DNA of 64,000 nucleotides, taken from the NCBI GenBank assembly GCA_963724095.1, contig CAVRTH010000005.1, positions 648,155 through 712,154 of the forward strand, given 5' to 3'. Position 1 is the first letter of the stretch. Every line of letters begins with the position of its first letter. Shown here piece after piece: positions 28,828 through 38,136 of the stretch. The stretch comes from an uncultured Chloroflexia bacterium. Lineage in GTDB: Bacteria; Chloroflexota; Limnocylindria; Limnocylindrales; CSP1-4. Below the pieces are notes generated by a model that was not told the DNA's origin, did no database searches, and saw only the letters and a list, made by a program, of their open reading frames with translations. Both the position numbers and the translations under genes were made by a program.

Positions 28828-30581
28828 CTAGCTCCCCAGGATCTCGACCACGCCGGCCGTGCCGTCGACACGCAGCCGGTCGCCGGTCTTGATCTCGAAC
28901 GTCCCGGTCGAGGTCCCGACGACGGCCGGGATGCCGTATTCGCGGGCGAGGACCGCCGGGTGCGACACGGTGCCGCCGGCATCGGTCACCACCGCGATGA
29001 TCTTGCCGTAGAGCACCTGCCAGGCGGGGTTGGTCATCTGGCACACCAGGATCTCGCCCTGCTGCAGGCTGTCGAACTCGGCCTCGGAGGAGACGATCCT
29101 GGCGATACCTTCGACCACGCCAGGAGAGCCGGCGATGCCCTTGACCTGGCCGGCGACCTTCTCCCGGGAGCGATGGAACTTGTCGGGGAAGCCCCACAGG
29201 TTCAGGTACGGGAAGGCCAGCTGGGTCTCGGTCGCGGTGCCGACCCAGTCCTTGGGCTGCACCTTCTCGGCCGCGTGCCACTTCGCCCGGGCCTCGGCGA
29301 CGATGGCTCGGCCGTCCATGCTGCCCGGCGTCACCGATGAAGGCGCGCAGCTGGTTGTAGCGGAACATGATCACGTCATCGGGACGGTCGAGCACGCCCT
29401 GCTCGACGAGCTTCTCGCCGATGGCGATGAGCACCAGGCGGACGTGGGCGTTGGCGCCCTGGTCGATGTAGAAGTGGTGGTCGGGCGTCAGCGGCGCCAT
29501 CTTGAGGTTGATCTCGTTGGCCGCGCGCATCTTCTCGAGCGCCTCGCCCTCGAGGCCCGCGAGGATCTCCAGCGGCCGCGGCGTCGATGTCGGCCCTCAG
29601 GGCCGCGATGGCCTTGGGATAGTCGTAGTCCGAGGCGTACTGGTCGCGGACCAGCTGGATGACCGGGTTCATGTCCTCACGGAAGGAGGGGAAGATGAAC
29701 TCGTGGCTCCAGACCGCGTGCCAGCCGTACTCCATCTGATACGGGCACGATGCGCTCGTCGATGAAGCGCTGGCCGCGGTCGCTGGCCTGCAGCGCCGGC
29801 ACGATCTCGGCTGCGGTCGCGGCGCTGAAGATCTGCTGCAGCTCGGCGTCGCCCTTGATCTCCTCCTTCATCTCCCACAAGCGTCCGGATCTTGTCCCAG
29901 TTGCGGTCGTTGCCGGAGTTCTGGAGCCGGCCCAGCAGGACCTCGTCGACCTTGCCGTGGGTCTCCTCCATGACGGCCCGCAGGTTGAGCGTCGCGCTGA
30001 GCTGCGCGAAGTTCAGCATCCAGTGGATCTTCCAGTGGCGGTCGTGCATGTCGATGGCGTCCTCGAGCAGGACCGCCATGTCGGCGAGGCTCGACTCGTC
30101 CTTCTGCTCGAGCATGCCCTCGATGTAGTCGAAGTTCCTCTGCATCTCGGGCACGAAGCGGTCGCGCCACCAAGTCACGAAGTTGTGGCCGTAGACGCGG
30201 CAGGACCGCGCCGAGGTAGGCGCCGATCTTGTCGGCGTAGTCAGCATCGCCGGCCTCGGGCACGATGGGGTTGGTGCGGTAGTTGTACTCCTGCGTGTCG
30301 ACGACCAGGCCGGCCTCGGCCGGGATGGCGGCGGTGTAGAGGTAGCCGTTGATGTTCTTGTAGATCCAGTCGGTCGCGAAGGGCGTGCCGAAGCGGCGGA
30401 ACATGTGGTCGCAGGAGAGCCACCAGCCGCCGATGTCCTCGTACATCGGGCTCAGTGGCTTGGGGCAATGCAGGTCGTCGTAGACCCAGAAGAGCCGCTT
30501 CTCGGTCTCGGACTGCCCACTCGATCGGGAACGCATCGTCCCCGAGGAATTGTCCGAGGACCTGTCGTCCATGAGCCCCAT
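28828..30581 (-). pseudogene. PEP-utilising-enzyme family protein (PpsA/phenylphosphate-synthase-alpha-like), at least 5 frameshifts
   Basis: Six frame segments join: FWVYDDLHCPKPLSPMYEDIGGWW... | RVYGHNFVTWWRDRF... | WEMKEEIKGDAELQ... | YQMEYGWHAVWSHEF... | LEILAGLEGEALEKMRAANE... | TPGSMDGRAI...VTDAGGTVSHPAVLAREYGIPAVVG (swivel His). The shifts are near 30200, 29880, 29748, 29580 and 29340. Confidence 0.75.
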
Positions 30582-30688
30582 CAGTCGATCGCCTCCTTCG
30601 CTTGCCGGCCGTCCTCACGGCCGATCCGGACTCCGCCCCCGGAGCCATCAGGCCCGAGCTCTCCGCGCGCGCTGACGCCATGAGCGCT

Positions 30689-30715
30689 GGTCTTCGATAA
30701 TCGATTACCGATCGA
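30689..30715. promoter_or_regulatory. Operator-like palindrome cluster (TCGAT-A-ATCGA overlapping TCGAT-N5-ATCGA) on the minus-operon side of the divergent region
   Basis: ggtctTCGATaATCGAttacc pairs at 8 of 10 flanking positions. It is followed directly by tcgat-taccg-atcga. On the minus strand it overlaps a weak TTGACC-18-TAATCG promoter-like pair (30726-30731 and 30702-30707). Confidence 0.5.
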
Positions 30716-30908
30716 CCCATACGTCGGTCAACACGCCTACGGCTCAGTCAAGCGACGCCGATGACCGTAGCTCGAGGTCATGAGTCAGATGGAGTCCGGA
30801 CGGCGCCGAGCCTGCGGACGCCGAGCGCTTCCGCACGAGTATCGTTGCGGCCTGGCTGCAGGGCTGGTCGCGAGGCTCAGGCCTGTTGGCCCCTACTTGC
30901 GAGGCCGC

Positions 30909-30949
30909 TTGACAATGGCTGGGCCGAACAGCGTATCCTCGATAATCGA
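30909..30949 (+). promoter_or_regulatory. Putative promoter (TTGACA-19-TATCCT) abutting a third TCGAT-A-ATCGA core
   Basis: TTGACA at 30909-30914, TATCCT at 30934-30939, core at 30939-30949. It lies about 70 nt upstream of the cupin ATG (31018). The 19-nt spacer is long, so the promoter call is tentative. Confidence 0.4.
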
Positions 30950-31017
30950 TTGTGATGGTTCGCTGGGCGACCGAGGCTCGGGGGACAGGCGCCACTGGGA
31001 TGCAACGAGGTGCACTG

Positions 31018-31390
31018 ATGATGAAGCGAGTGTCACGCGCCGAGGCGGAGGTCTATCCCCTGCCCGGCCGTGACTGGCATACCTACCTGGGTCCCCAGAA
31101 CATCGCCGACCGAGCGCATCTCTTCGGCGTCTCGGTCTTCCCGGCGGGCTCGGCGCCCGAGGGCCACGTGCACGACACGCAGGAGGAGACCATCTACTGC
31201 GTCTCCGGGCCGCGGCCGCATCATCACCCCCGACGGGGTCGGCGAGCTGGAACCCGGCGCGGTCGTCTGGGTCAGCCCCGGCACCCCGCATGCCACCGAA
31301 TCCGACGGCCCCGAGCCGCTCGAGATCGCCTGCTTCTTCAGCCCGCCGGTCGTGCCCGGCTCCTACGAGAAAGGCCAAGACGTCCTGATG
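31018..31390 (+). pseudogene. Cupin-domain protein, frameshift near 31205-31212 and unresolved stop
   Basis: ...PAGSAPEGHVHDTQEETIYCVSG | RGRIITPDGVGELEPGAVVWVSPGTPHAT... The expected TGATG stop/start junction at 31386-31390 is out of frame by one base. Confidence 0.55.
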
Positions 31391-32292
31391 ACCGACGCCA
31401 CCGACGCCCCTGCCATGCCGCTGTCGCGGTCAGCGCCGATGAGATCGCCCGCCTGCGAGGACATGGCCCGGCGCATCCGCGTGGCGGTCATCCGCACCGT
31501 CACCGATCGCAAGGTCGGCCACGTCGGTGGCCCCCTCTCCGCGGCCGACATCCTGGCCGCCCTGTACGGACGCATCCTGCGCATCCGACCCCGACGAGCC
31601 CGACTGGCCCGAGCGCGACCGCTTCATCCTGTCCAAGGGCCACTCGTCGCTGGGCCAGTACGCGGCCATGGCCCTGGCGGGCTATTTCCCGCTCGAAGAG
31701 ATGTTCACCTTCAACAAGAAGGGCTCGCGACTGCAGGGCCATCCCGACATGAACAAGCTGCCCGGCATCGACATCTCCACCGGTTCCCTGGGCATGGGCC
31801 TCTCGCGCCGGCCTGGGCATGGCCCTCGGCGCCAGGTACCTGGGCAGGACTTCCGCACCTTCGTGCTGCTCGGCGACGGCGAGTGCCAGGAGGGGCAGGT
31901 CTGGGAGGCCGCCCACGTGGCGCCCCGCTACCGGCTCGACAACCTCATCGCCATCGTCGACCACAACAAGTTCCAGCAGTTCGGCTGGCGCGGCGAGTCT
32001 GCGAGCCGACCGGCTGCCGCCGGAGGACCCGGGCGACCTGGTGGCCCGCTTCAAGGCCTTCGGCTGGCGGGTCATGGAGATGGACGGCAACGAGATGGTC
32101 GACGTGGTGCGCGTGCTCGAGGAGGCAACGCAGCCGCAGGGCCTGCCGACCGCCATCATCGCCAACACGCTCAAGGGCTACGGCGTCAGCTACATGGCCG
32201 GCAACTACAAGTGGCACATGGGTGTGCCCACCGAGGAGGAGTTCGCCATCGCCATGGCCGAGCTCGGCGAGAGCGACGGGGGTGCGGCATGA
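31388..32292 (+). pseudogene. Transketolase N-terminal (TPP-binding) subunit, at least 4 frameshifts
   Basis: Segments: ...RIRVAVIRTVTDRKVGHVGGPLSAADILAALY | DEPDWPERDRFILSKGHSSLGQYAA...STGSLGMGLS | GLGMALGARYLG | QDFRTFVLLGDGECQEGQVWEAA...IVDHNKFQQ | ...FKAFGWRVMEMDGNEM...IIANTLKGYGVSYM. The shifts are near 31590, 31805, 31845 and 32000. Confidence 0.7.
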
Positions 32293-33273
32293 CGCTGCCG
32301 ATGGGAAAGCAGCTGCGCCTCGTCTTCGGTGAGACCGTCACCGAACTGGCGGCCAAGGACCCTCGCATCGTCATGCTCGACGGCGACCTGGGCTGCTCGA
32401 CGCAGGCGAAGCTCTTCGAGGACGCGTATCCCGAGCGCTTCTTCCAGATGGGCATCGCCGAGCAGAACATGCTGGGCGTCGCTGCCGGCATGGCCAAGGT
32501 CGGCCTGGTGCCCTTCATCAGCACCTTCGTGGCCTTCGCCCTGCACCGGCCGCTGGACCAGATCCGCGTGCTCATCGCCCAGACCGGGGCGAACGTGAAG
32601 ATCACCGCCGGCTACACGCGGGCTCTTCACCGGCAAGGCCGGCAAGACGCACCAGATCGTGGACGACATCGCCATCGCCCGGGCCATGCCCGGCATGGTC
32701 GTGATCGCACCCGCCGACGAGGTCGAGACCAGGCAGGTGCTCGCCTGGGCCGTCGAGTACGACGGACCGGTCTTCATCCGCCTGGTGCGCGACGACACGC
32801 AGACGCTCTTCGCGCCCGGCCACAAGTTCCAGTTCGGCAAGGTCAAGGTCGTGCGCGAGGGCAAGGACATCACGCTCATCAGCACGGGCACCGAGACACC
32901 GCGCGTGGTCGACGCGGCCGACATCCTCGCCGCGGCCGGCATCGACGCCCATGTCGTGCACGTGCCCACCATCAAGCCACTCGACGTGGCCGGCATCATC
33001 GCTGCCGCTGAGCGGACCGGTCGCGTCGTCACGATCGAGGAGCACACCGTCATCGGTGGGCTCGGTGGTGCGGTGGCGGAGACGCTCAGCGAGTACCGGC
33101 CTACCCGGGTCGACCGCATCGGCATCCAGGACCACTACACCGAGTCGGCGACCGACGAGGAGCTGCTGGACATGTACTGCCTGTCCGGCGAGCGTGTCGC
33201 GCAGCGGGTCCAGGAAGCTGCTCGCCAGCGACGGACCGGTGACATCATGCGATTGAGGTTCGTGGCCGAATGA
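32289..33273 (+). pseudogene. Transketolase C-terminal (pyrimidine-binding) subunit, one frameshift near 32617-32622
   Basis: MTLPMGKQLR...FFQMGIAEQNMLGVAAGMA...VKITAGYT | GLFTGKAGKTHQIVDDIAIARAMPGMVVIAP...EEHTVIGGLG. ATGA overlap with the N-terminal subunit. Confidence 0.75.
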
Positions 33274-33316
33274 CCGACGGCACGCCAGCCACGAGAAGCC
33301 GCAGGGGCCACCGCTG

Positions 33317-34191
33317 ATGGACCTCATCTCCCAGTCGCTCGTCATCGGCGTCGCCTATAACGCCCCCCTCGTCCTGGCCGCCATCGGCTTCGCCCTCCTG
33401 TACCGTCTGACCGGCCTTATCAATGTCGCCTATGCGGAGACGCTTGACGCTGGGGGCGTACTTCGCGATGTGGCTGAACACGACGTTCGGGCTGGACTTC
33501 TACACGACGCTCATCCCGACCGCGATCCTCTCCGGGCTCTTGAGCGTGGCGACGTACCTGGTCGTCTTCCGGCCGGCCAAACGGCGCGACGTCGGCACCT
33601 TGGAGATGATCATCATCTCCTTCGGCCTGTCGATCTTCCTGCGCTATGGGCTGCAGTTCGTCTTCGGCTCCCCGGTCCGCTTCTTCGATGTCCCGCCACC
33701 CGACACGATCTCGGTCCTCGGCGTGGGCGTCACATCGTTCCGGCTCGTCGCCGTCGTGAGCGTCGCCACCCTGTCCCTGCTGTTGTACCTGTTCATCCAG
33801 CGCACGAGCTTCGGCCTCCAGATCCGCGCGCTCGCCAGCGACGAGCGGCTGGCCCAGGTCAGCGGCATCCGCCCGCTCGTCGTCACGGTCATGATCTGGT
33901 TCCTGGCCGGTGTCGCCGGAGGCCTGGCCGGCGCCTTCATCGGGGTCGGCTCGTCGGTCGACCCGCTCCTCGGCTGGCACGAGTTCCTGTTCATCTTGCT
34001 TGTCGTGCTCGTGGGCGGCGCACTGGGGACTCGGGGGCGTCATCGTCGTGGGGCTGGCCACCGGCATCGCGCTCACGGCGATGGAGCTCCGTTCGGCCAG
34101 GTCCTAGTACGCCCAGCTCATCCTCATCGTCGCCTTCATCGTCCTGCTGAAGTGGCGCGGTCGGCGGCTCACAGCGACGGCGAAGGTGTAG
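33317..34191 (+). pseudogene. livH: Branched-chain-amino-acid-type ABC permease (LivH-like), multiple frame breaks
   Basis: Segments: MDLISQSLVIGVAYNAPLVLAAIGFALLYRLTGLINVAYAE | ...GAYFAMWL...ALASDERLAQVSGIRP...LLVVLVGGALG | GLGGVIVVGLATGIALTAMEL... In-frame TAG at 34105-34107, or compensating indels, then YAQLILIVAFIVLLKW. Confidence 0.65.
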
Positions 34192-34195
34192 CGCG

Positions 34196-35153
34196 ATGCC
34201 CCTTGACTGGCTGGACGCCTTCCTGATCACCGGGCTGTTCAGCGTCTTCATGATCATGGGCCTGGCGCTGCTGCTCCACCTGCAGCTGGGCCTGGCCCGC
34301 ATCGCCAACTTCGGCGTCGTCGGCTTCTGGGGCCTCGGGATGTACGTCTTCGGGGTGCTCTATGTCCAGCGTCGATTGGCCGTTCGGCGACCCCTGGCAG
34401 TTCCTCGTCTGCGCCGCCGATCGCGACCCTCGTGGCGGGCCTCGCCGGCGTCGGTCGTGGGCTGGCTCATCGCCGACCTTGACACCGACGGCGTACTGGT
34501 CGTCACGCTCGGTTTCGCCAGCCATCGTGCAGATCCTGGCCACCACCGAGGACGACCTGACCGGGGGTTCGCGCGGCCTCGGCGGGCTCCGCATCCCCTT
34601 CGACGTCGGCAAGGTGAAGGAGGACGAGTTCGCCTGGCTGCTGGTGCTCGCGGCGGTAGTCGTGCGCCATGTTCCTGTACGCCCGGCAGGTCCACCGCTC
34701 GCCCCTACGGTCGACTGCTCATCGCGACCGGCAGCAACGAGGCCCTGGCCCGCAGCCTGGGCAAGTCGACCTATCGGACCAAGCTCTGGATGTTCGCGCT
34801 GACGTCGGCCGCGATGGGTTTGCTCGGGGCGATGTCAGCGGCCATGGTGCGCTACCTCGACATCGGCAACATCGGCGTCGGCGTCACGCTGGCTGCGATG
34901 GTGGGCCTGGTGCTCGGCGGCACAGCGCGCGTCTGGGGCGCGGTCATCGGCGTCATCCTGACCGTGGGGCTGTTCGACATCGTCATCCGGTTCTATGTGC
35001 CCCTCCCTCGCGAGTGGTACACGCAGGCGATCCCCGACGCTGCGGGAGGTCGTCTTCGGGGCCACGCTCATCATCGTCCTCATGTTCCGGCCCCTGGGCA
35101 TCCTCGGCGATATGCGGCGTGACAAGCTGATGAGGAAGATCCATGGCAAGTGA
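34196..35153 (+). pseudogene. livM: ABC permease (LivM-like), multiple frameshifts
   Basis: Segments in three frames: MPLDWLDAFLITGLFSVFMIMGLALLLHLQLGLARIANFG..., ...IVQILATTEDDLTGGSRGLGGLRIPFD..., ...LLIATGSNEALARSLGKSTYRTKLWMFALTSA..., ...VVFGATLIIVLMFRPLGILG. Confidence 0.65.
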
Positions 35154-35939
35154 GCCTGCCGTCGCCGGTGCCGTGGCTCGACCGCAGATCCACGTTCGTG
35201 GCGCCGTGAAGTCCTTCTCCGGCCGCGTCGTCGTGGATGTCGACGACCTGATCCTTGGGCGAGCACCCCATCGAGGGCCTCATCGGCCCCAACGGTGCCG
35301 GCAAGACGACACTGATGCGGATGATCATGCACTCGCTTCCGCTCGATCGCGGGACGGTCACGCTCAAGCAGCCGGAGGGTGCCGAGATCATCCTGTCCGA
35401 CATGCCACGTACCGGATGGCCCAGCACGGTGTGGTCAAGTCCAACCAGGTGATCATGGACTTCGACAAGCTGACGCATCTGGGATTCGCTGATGCTGGCG
35501 GTGACCGAGGCGCGCTACGAGCAGCCCCAACGAGTCTTCGCCGAGGAGTCCGCCTTCCGCCGGCACGAGGAAGAGATGCGTCACTACCTCGAGCTCTTCG
35601 GGTTCGAGGACCCCAGCACGTATGCGCTGGCGGCTGGCGAGAAGAAGTTGCTCGACATCATCCGCTGCCTGCTGCTCCGGCCGCGCTTCCTGCTTCTCGA
35701 CGAGCCCACCGCCGGGTTGCCCGACGACCTGACCGAGAAGGTCATGGCCATGATTCGCGAGCTCTGCGCGAAGGGCACCTCGGTCGTCATCGTCGAGCAT
35801 GACCTCAACGTCATCTGGGGCCTGTGTGACAAGGTCCATTTCATGGCCGAGGGCAGCGTCGTCCTGCAGGGCGATCCCGACGTCCATCCGCGAGCATCAC
35901 ACCGTGGTCGAGAAGTACCTCGGTGAGGGACATGTCTGA
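35143..35939 (+). pseudogene. livG: ABC ATP-binding protein (LivG-like), multiple frameshifts
   Basis: Walker A GLIGPNGAGKTTL, signature-like LAAGEKKLLDI, Walker B FLLLDEPTAG. These lie on different frame segments. Confidence 0.65.
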
Positions 35940-36648
35940 GATGGGCGCCCAGACCGCGATCGATGTCGTCGGCCTGCGCAGCGGCTATCACGGCGTCACC
36001 GTCCTCAAGGGCCTCGACTTCACCGTAGGCAAGGAGGTCTTTGCCGTGCTCGGCGCCAACGGCGCCGGCAAGACGACGCTCCTGGCCACGCTGGCGCGTC
36101 TGCTCCCTCTCATGCAGGGGACGATCCGCTTCGAAGGCCAGGACATCTCCCACCTGCCGCCCTACGAGACGGCGGCCCGCGGCATCGCCTACGTGCCCCA
36201 GGAGCAGGGGGTCTTCCCCAATCTCACCGTGCACGAGAACCTGCGGGTCGGCGGGATGATCGGCGCGCGCTCGCGCGATGAGCGCATGGCCGAGGTATTC
36301 GAGTTGTTCCCCGACCTCAAGGACATGCAGGGGCAGCTGGCAGGCACGCTCAGCGGTGGTGAATCACGCATGGTCGCCTGCGGGCGCGCCCTGATGCAGG
36401 ACCCCAAGGTCCTGCTGCTGGACGAGCCGACCGCCGGACTCTCGCCACTGTATGTCGACCTCTTCATGGGCAAGGTCCGTGAGATGCATCTCAACCGCGG
36501 CGTCTCCATCGTGCTTGCCGAGCAGAACGCGACGAAGGCGCTGGAGGTAGCCGACCGGGTCATGGTGCTGAGCCTGGGCGAGGCACACGCGATCGGGGAC
36601 GCCGCAGATGTGACCACGCAGCAGCTGAAGGAGGGCTACCGAATCTGA
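35932..36648 (+). CDS. livF: ABC ATP-binding protein (LivF-like), intact
   Basis: GANGAGKTT, LSGGE, LLLDEPTAGLSP. 8-nt overlap with livG. Confidence 0.88.
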   Translation: MSEMGAQTAIDVVGLRSGYHGVTVLKGLDFTVGKEVFAVLGANGAGKTTLLATLARLLPLMQGTIRFEGQDISHLPPYETAARGIAYVPQEQGVFPNLTVHENLRVGGMIGARSRDERMAEVFELFPDLKDMQGQLAGTLSGGESRMVACGRALMQDPKVLLLDEPTAGLSPLYVDLFMGKVREMHLNRGVSIVLAEQNATKALEVADRVMVLSLGEAHAIGDAADVTTQQLKEGYRI

Positions 36649-36698
36649 CGACTCACACCACGATGGTCCAAGGCAACGGAGGAATAGGAGGAACGGAC

Positions 36699-38066
36699 AT
36701 GAGAGTCGGGAACACTAAGTCGGGCCGCGCCGCGGTGACGGTCGCCGCGCTGGCACTCCTCGCGACGTCCCTGGGCAGCGCCACGGTGGTCGCCCAAGAT
36801 GCGTCGAGCGAACCGGTCGTGGTCTGCGAGCTCGCCTACTACACGGGCGAGTTCCAGTCGTACGGACCTTCTCTCACCAACGACGTGCGCTTCGCGGTCG
36901 AGGACATCGTCAACACCGATCCGCCGCTGGGACGGCCATGGGAGCTGATCTCCGAGGACATCGGGGACAGCTTCGAAGGCCAGGCGGCCAAGACCTGCAT
37001 CGAGCAGCACGGCGCCGAGATCCTGGTGAGCATCGCCCACCAGTACCGGACCTACCGTGACTACATGATGGAGGTGTGGCAGGAGAACGACTCACCGCTC
37101 GGACCGTCGGTCCACGGCGGTGCGATCCCTGGCAACCTCGGTGGCAAGCCCGCTGAGCCTATCTTCCGGGCCCAGGGTCTCGACCAGGGTCTCGGTGTCT
37201 ACGGCGCGCAGTACGCGAACCTGATCGGCGCCAAGGACGTGGTCATCTTCGCCACCGAGGTGGAGGGCTTCCAGCTGGCGGCAGACGCCGAGGAGGGAGC
37301 TGCAGAGCTCCTGGGTATGAACGTTCTCGAGCGCATCGACTCCCCGGCACAGCAGTCCTCGTACCGCACCGAGGCCCAGCGCATCGCTGACCTCGACCCG
37401 GACGCGGTCCTCATCCAGGCCGGCTCGGTCGAGTCGGCAACCCTGATCAGGGAGGCGGCTGAGGCCGGTCTGTCGCTCAACTGGATCGGCGAGACCGGCT
37501 GGAGCGAGGTCGAGTTCATCAAGTCGCTCACCACCGACCCCATTGCAAGCCAGCAGGGAATCGGCTTCGCCACCTTCGCTCCGAACCTGGACAGCCCTGC
37601 GTTCGGGTACTTCCAGCCCTTGTGGGACGGCCAGACGGATTGCGCCAGTGGCGTGGCCGAGTGCCCACCCTACGATGCCACTAACCAGTACGCCACCTCG
37701 ACCTACGATCTCCTCGTCCAGACCGCCCTGGCGGTCGAGGCCGGGGGCTCCTACAAGGCCAGTGACTGGGCACCGGCCATGAACATGGTCGGCGAGGCAC
37801 CAGGCGAGGTCTGTTACACGTACCCCGACTGTCTGGCCCTCATCCGCGAGGGCAAGGACATCGACTACGAGGGCATCACGGGGCCCGGCGACTACACCGA
37901 CGGCGGCGTCAATGCCGTCACGCCAGCGTACGTCCCCTTCAATGAGGACGGCTCGATGGGCGAGCCCGTGATCCTCGATCCCGTCGAGGCGCTCGACCTT
38001 CTCGACCAAGTCAAGACCGAGGCGGTCTGCGAGCCTGCCGATCCGCCCAACGAGTGCACCTGGTAG
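36699..38066 (+). CDS. Periplasmic-binding-protein type I (Liv/amide-type) ABC substrate-binding protein
   Basis: Signal peptide MRVGNTKSGRAAVTVAALALLATSLGSATVVAQD. Strong AGGAGGA RBS. The position at the end of the permease/ATPase operon fits, but family recognition by eye is weaker than for the ATPases. Confidence 0.7.
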   Translation: MRVGNTKSGRAAVTVAALALLATSLGSATVVAQDASSEPVVVCELAYYTGEFQSYGPSLTNDVRFAVEDIVNTDPPLGRPWELISEDIGDSFEGQAAKTCIEQHGAEILVSIAHQYRTYRDYMMEVWQENDSPLGPSVHGGAIPGNLGGKPAEPIFRAQGLDQGLGVYGAQYANLIGAKDVVIFATEVEGFQLAADAEEGAAELLGMNVLERIDSPAQQSSYRTEAQRIADLDPDAVLIQAGSVESATLIREAAEAGLSLNWIGETGWSEVEFIKSLTTDPIASQQGIGFATFAPNLDSPAFGYFQPLWDGQTDCASGVAECPPYDATNQYATSTYDLLVQTALAVEAGGSYKASDWAPAMNMVGEAPGEVCYTYPDCLALIREGKDIDYEGITGPGDYTDGGVNAVTPAYVPFNEDGSMGEPVILDPVEALDLLDQVKTEAVCEPADPPNECTW

Positions 38067-38094
38067 CTGCCGGGCGTCAAGCCTGACCGCGTAA

Positions 38095-38136
38095 GCAGAA
38101 GAGCCCTCCCTCCTTCAGGTGGGAGGGCTCTTCTGC
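38095..38136 (+). terminator. Perfect 16-bp hairpin after the ABC operon
   Basis: gcagaagagccctccc-tccttcaggt-gggagggctcttctgc. There is no U-tract. It overlaps the upstream-most start (38119) of the next ORF, which favours the ATG at 38137 for that gene. Confidence 0.6.

Noticed and set aside
30744-31073. ORFs 30744..30995 (-), 30761..30955 (+) and 30780..31073 (+) inside the divergent control region.
   Set aside because: They have no RBS and no family motifs, and their composition is Arg/Ala-rich. The region is better explained as promoter/operator DNA.
28828-35939. Programmed ribosomal frameshifting or recoding as an explanation for the frame breaks.
   Set aside because: There are far too many sites (about 25 here, about 10 in carB). 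Both +1 and -1 shifts occur, with no recurring slippery heptamer or downstream structure, and the shifts mostly lie at short G/C runs.
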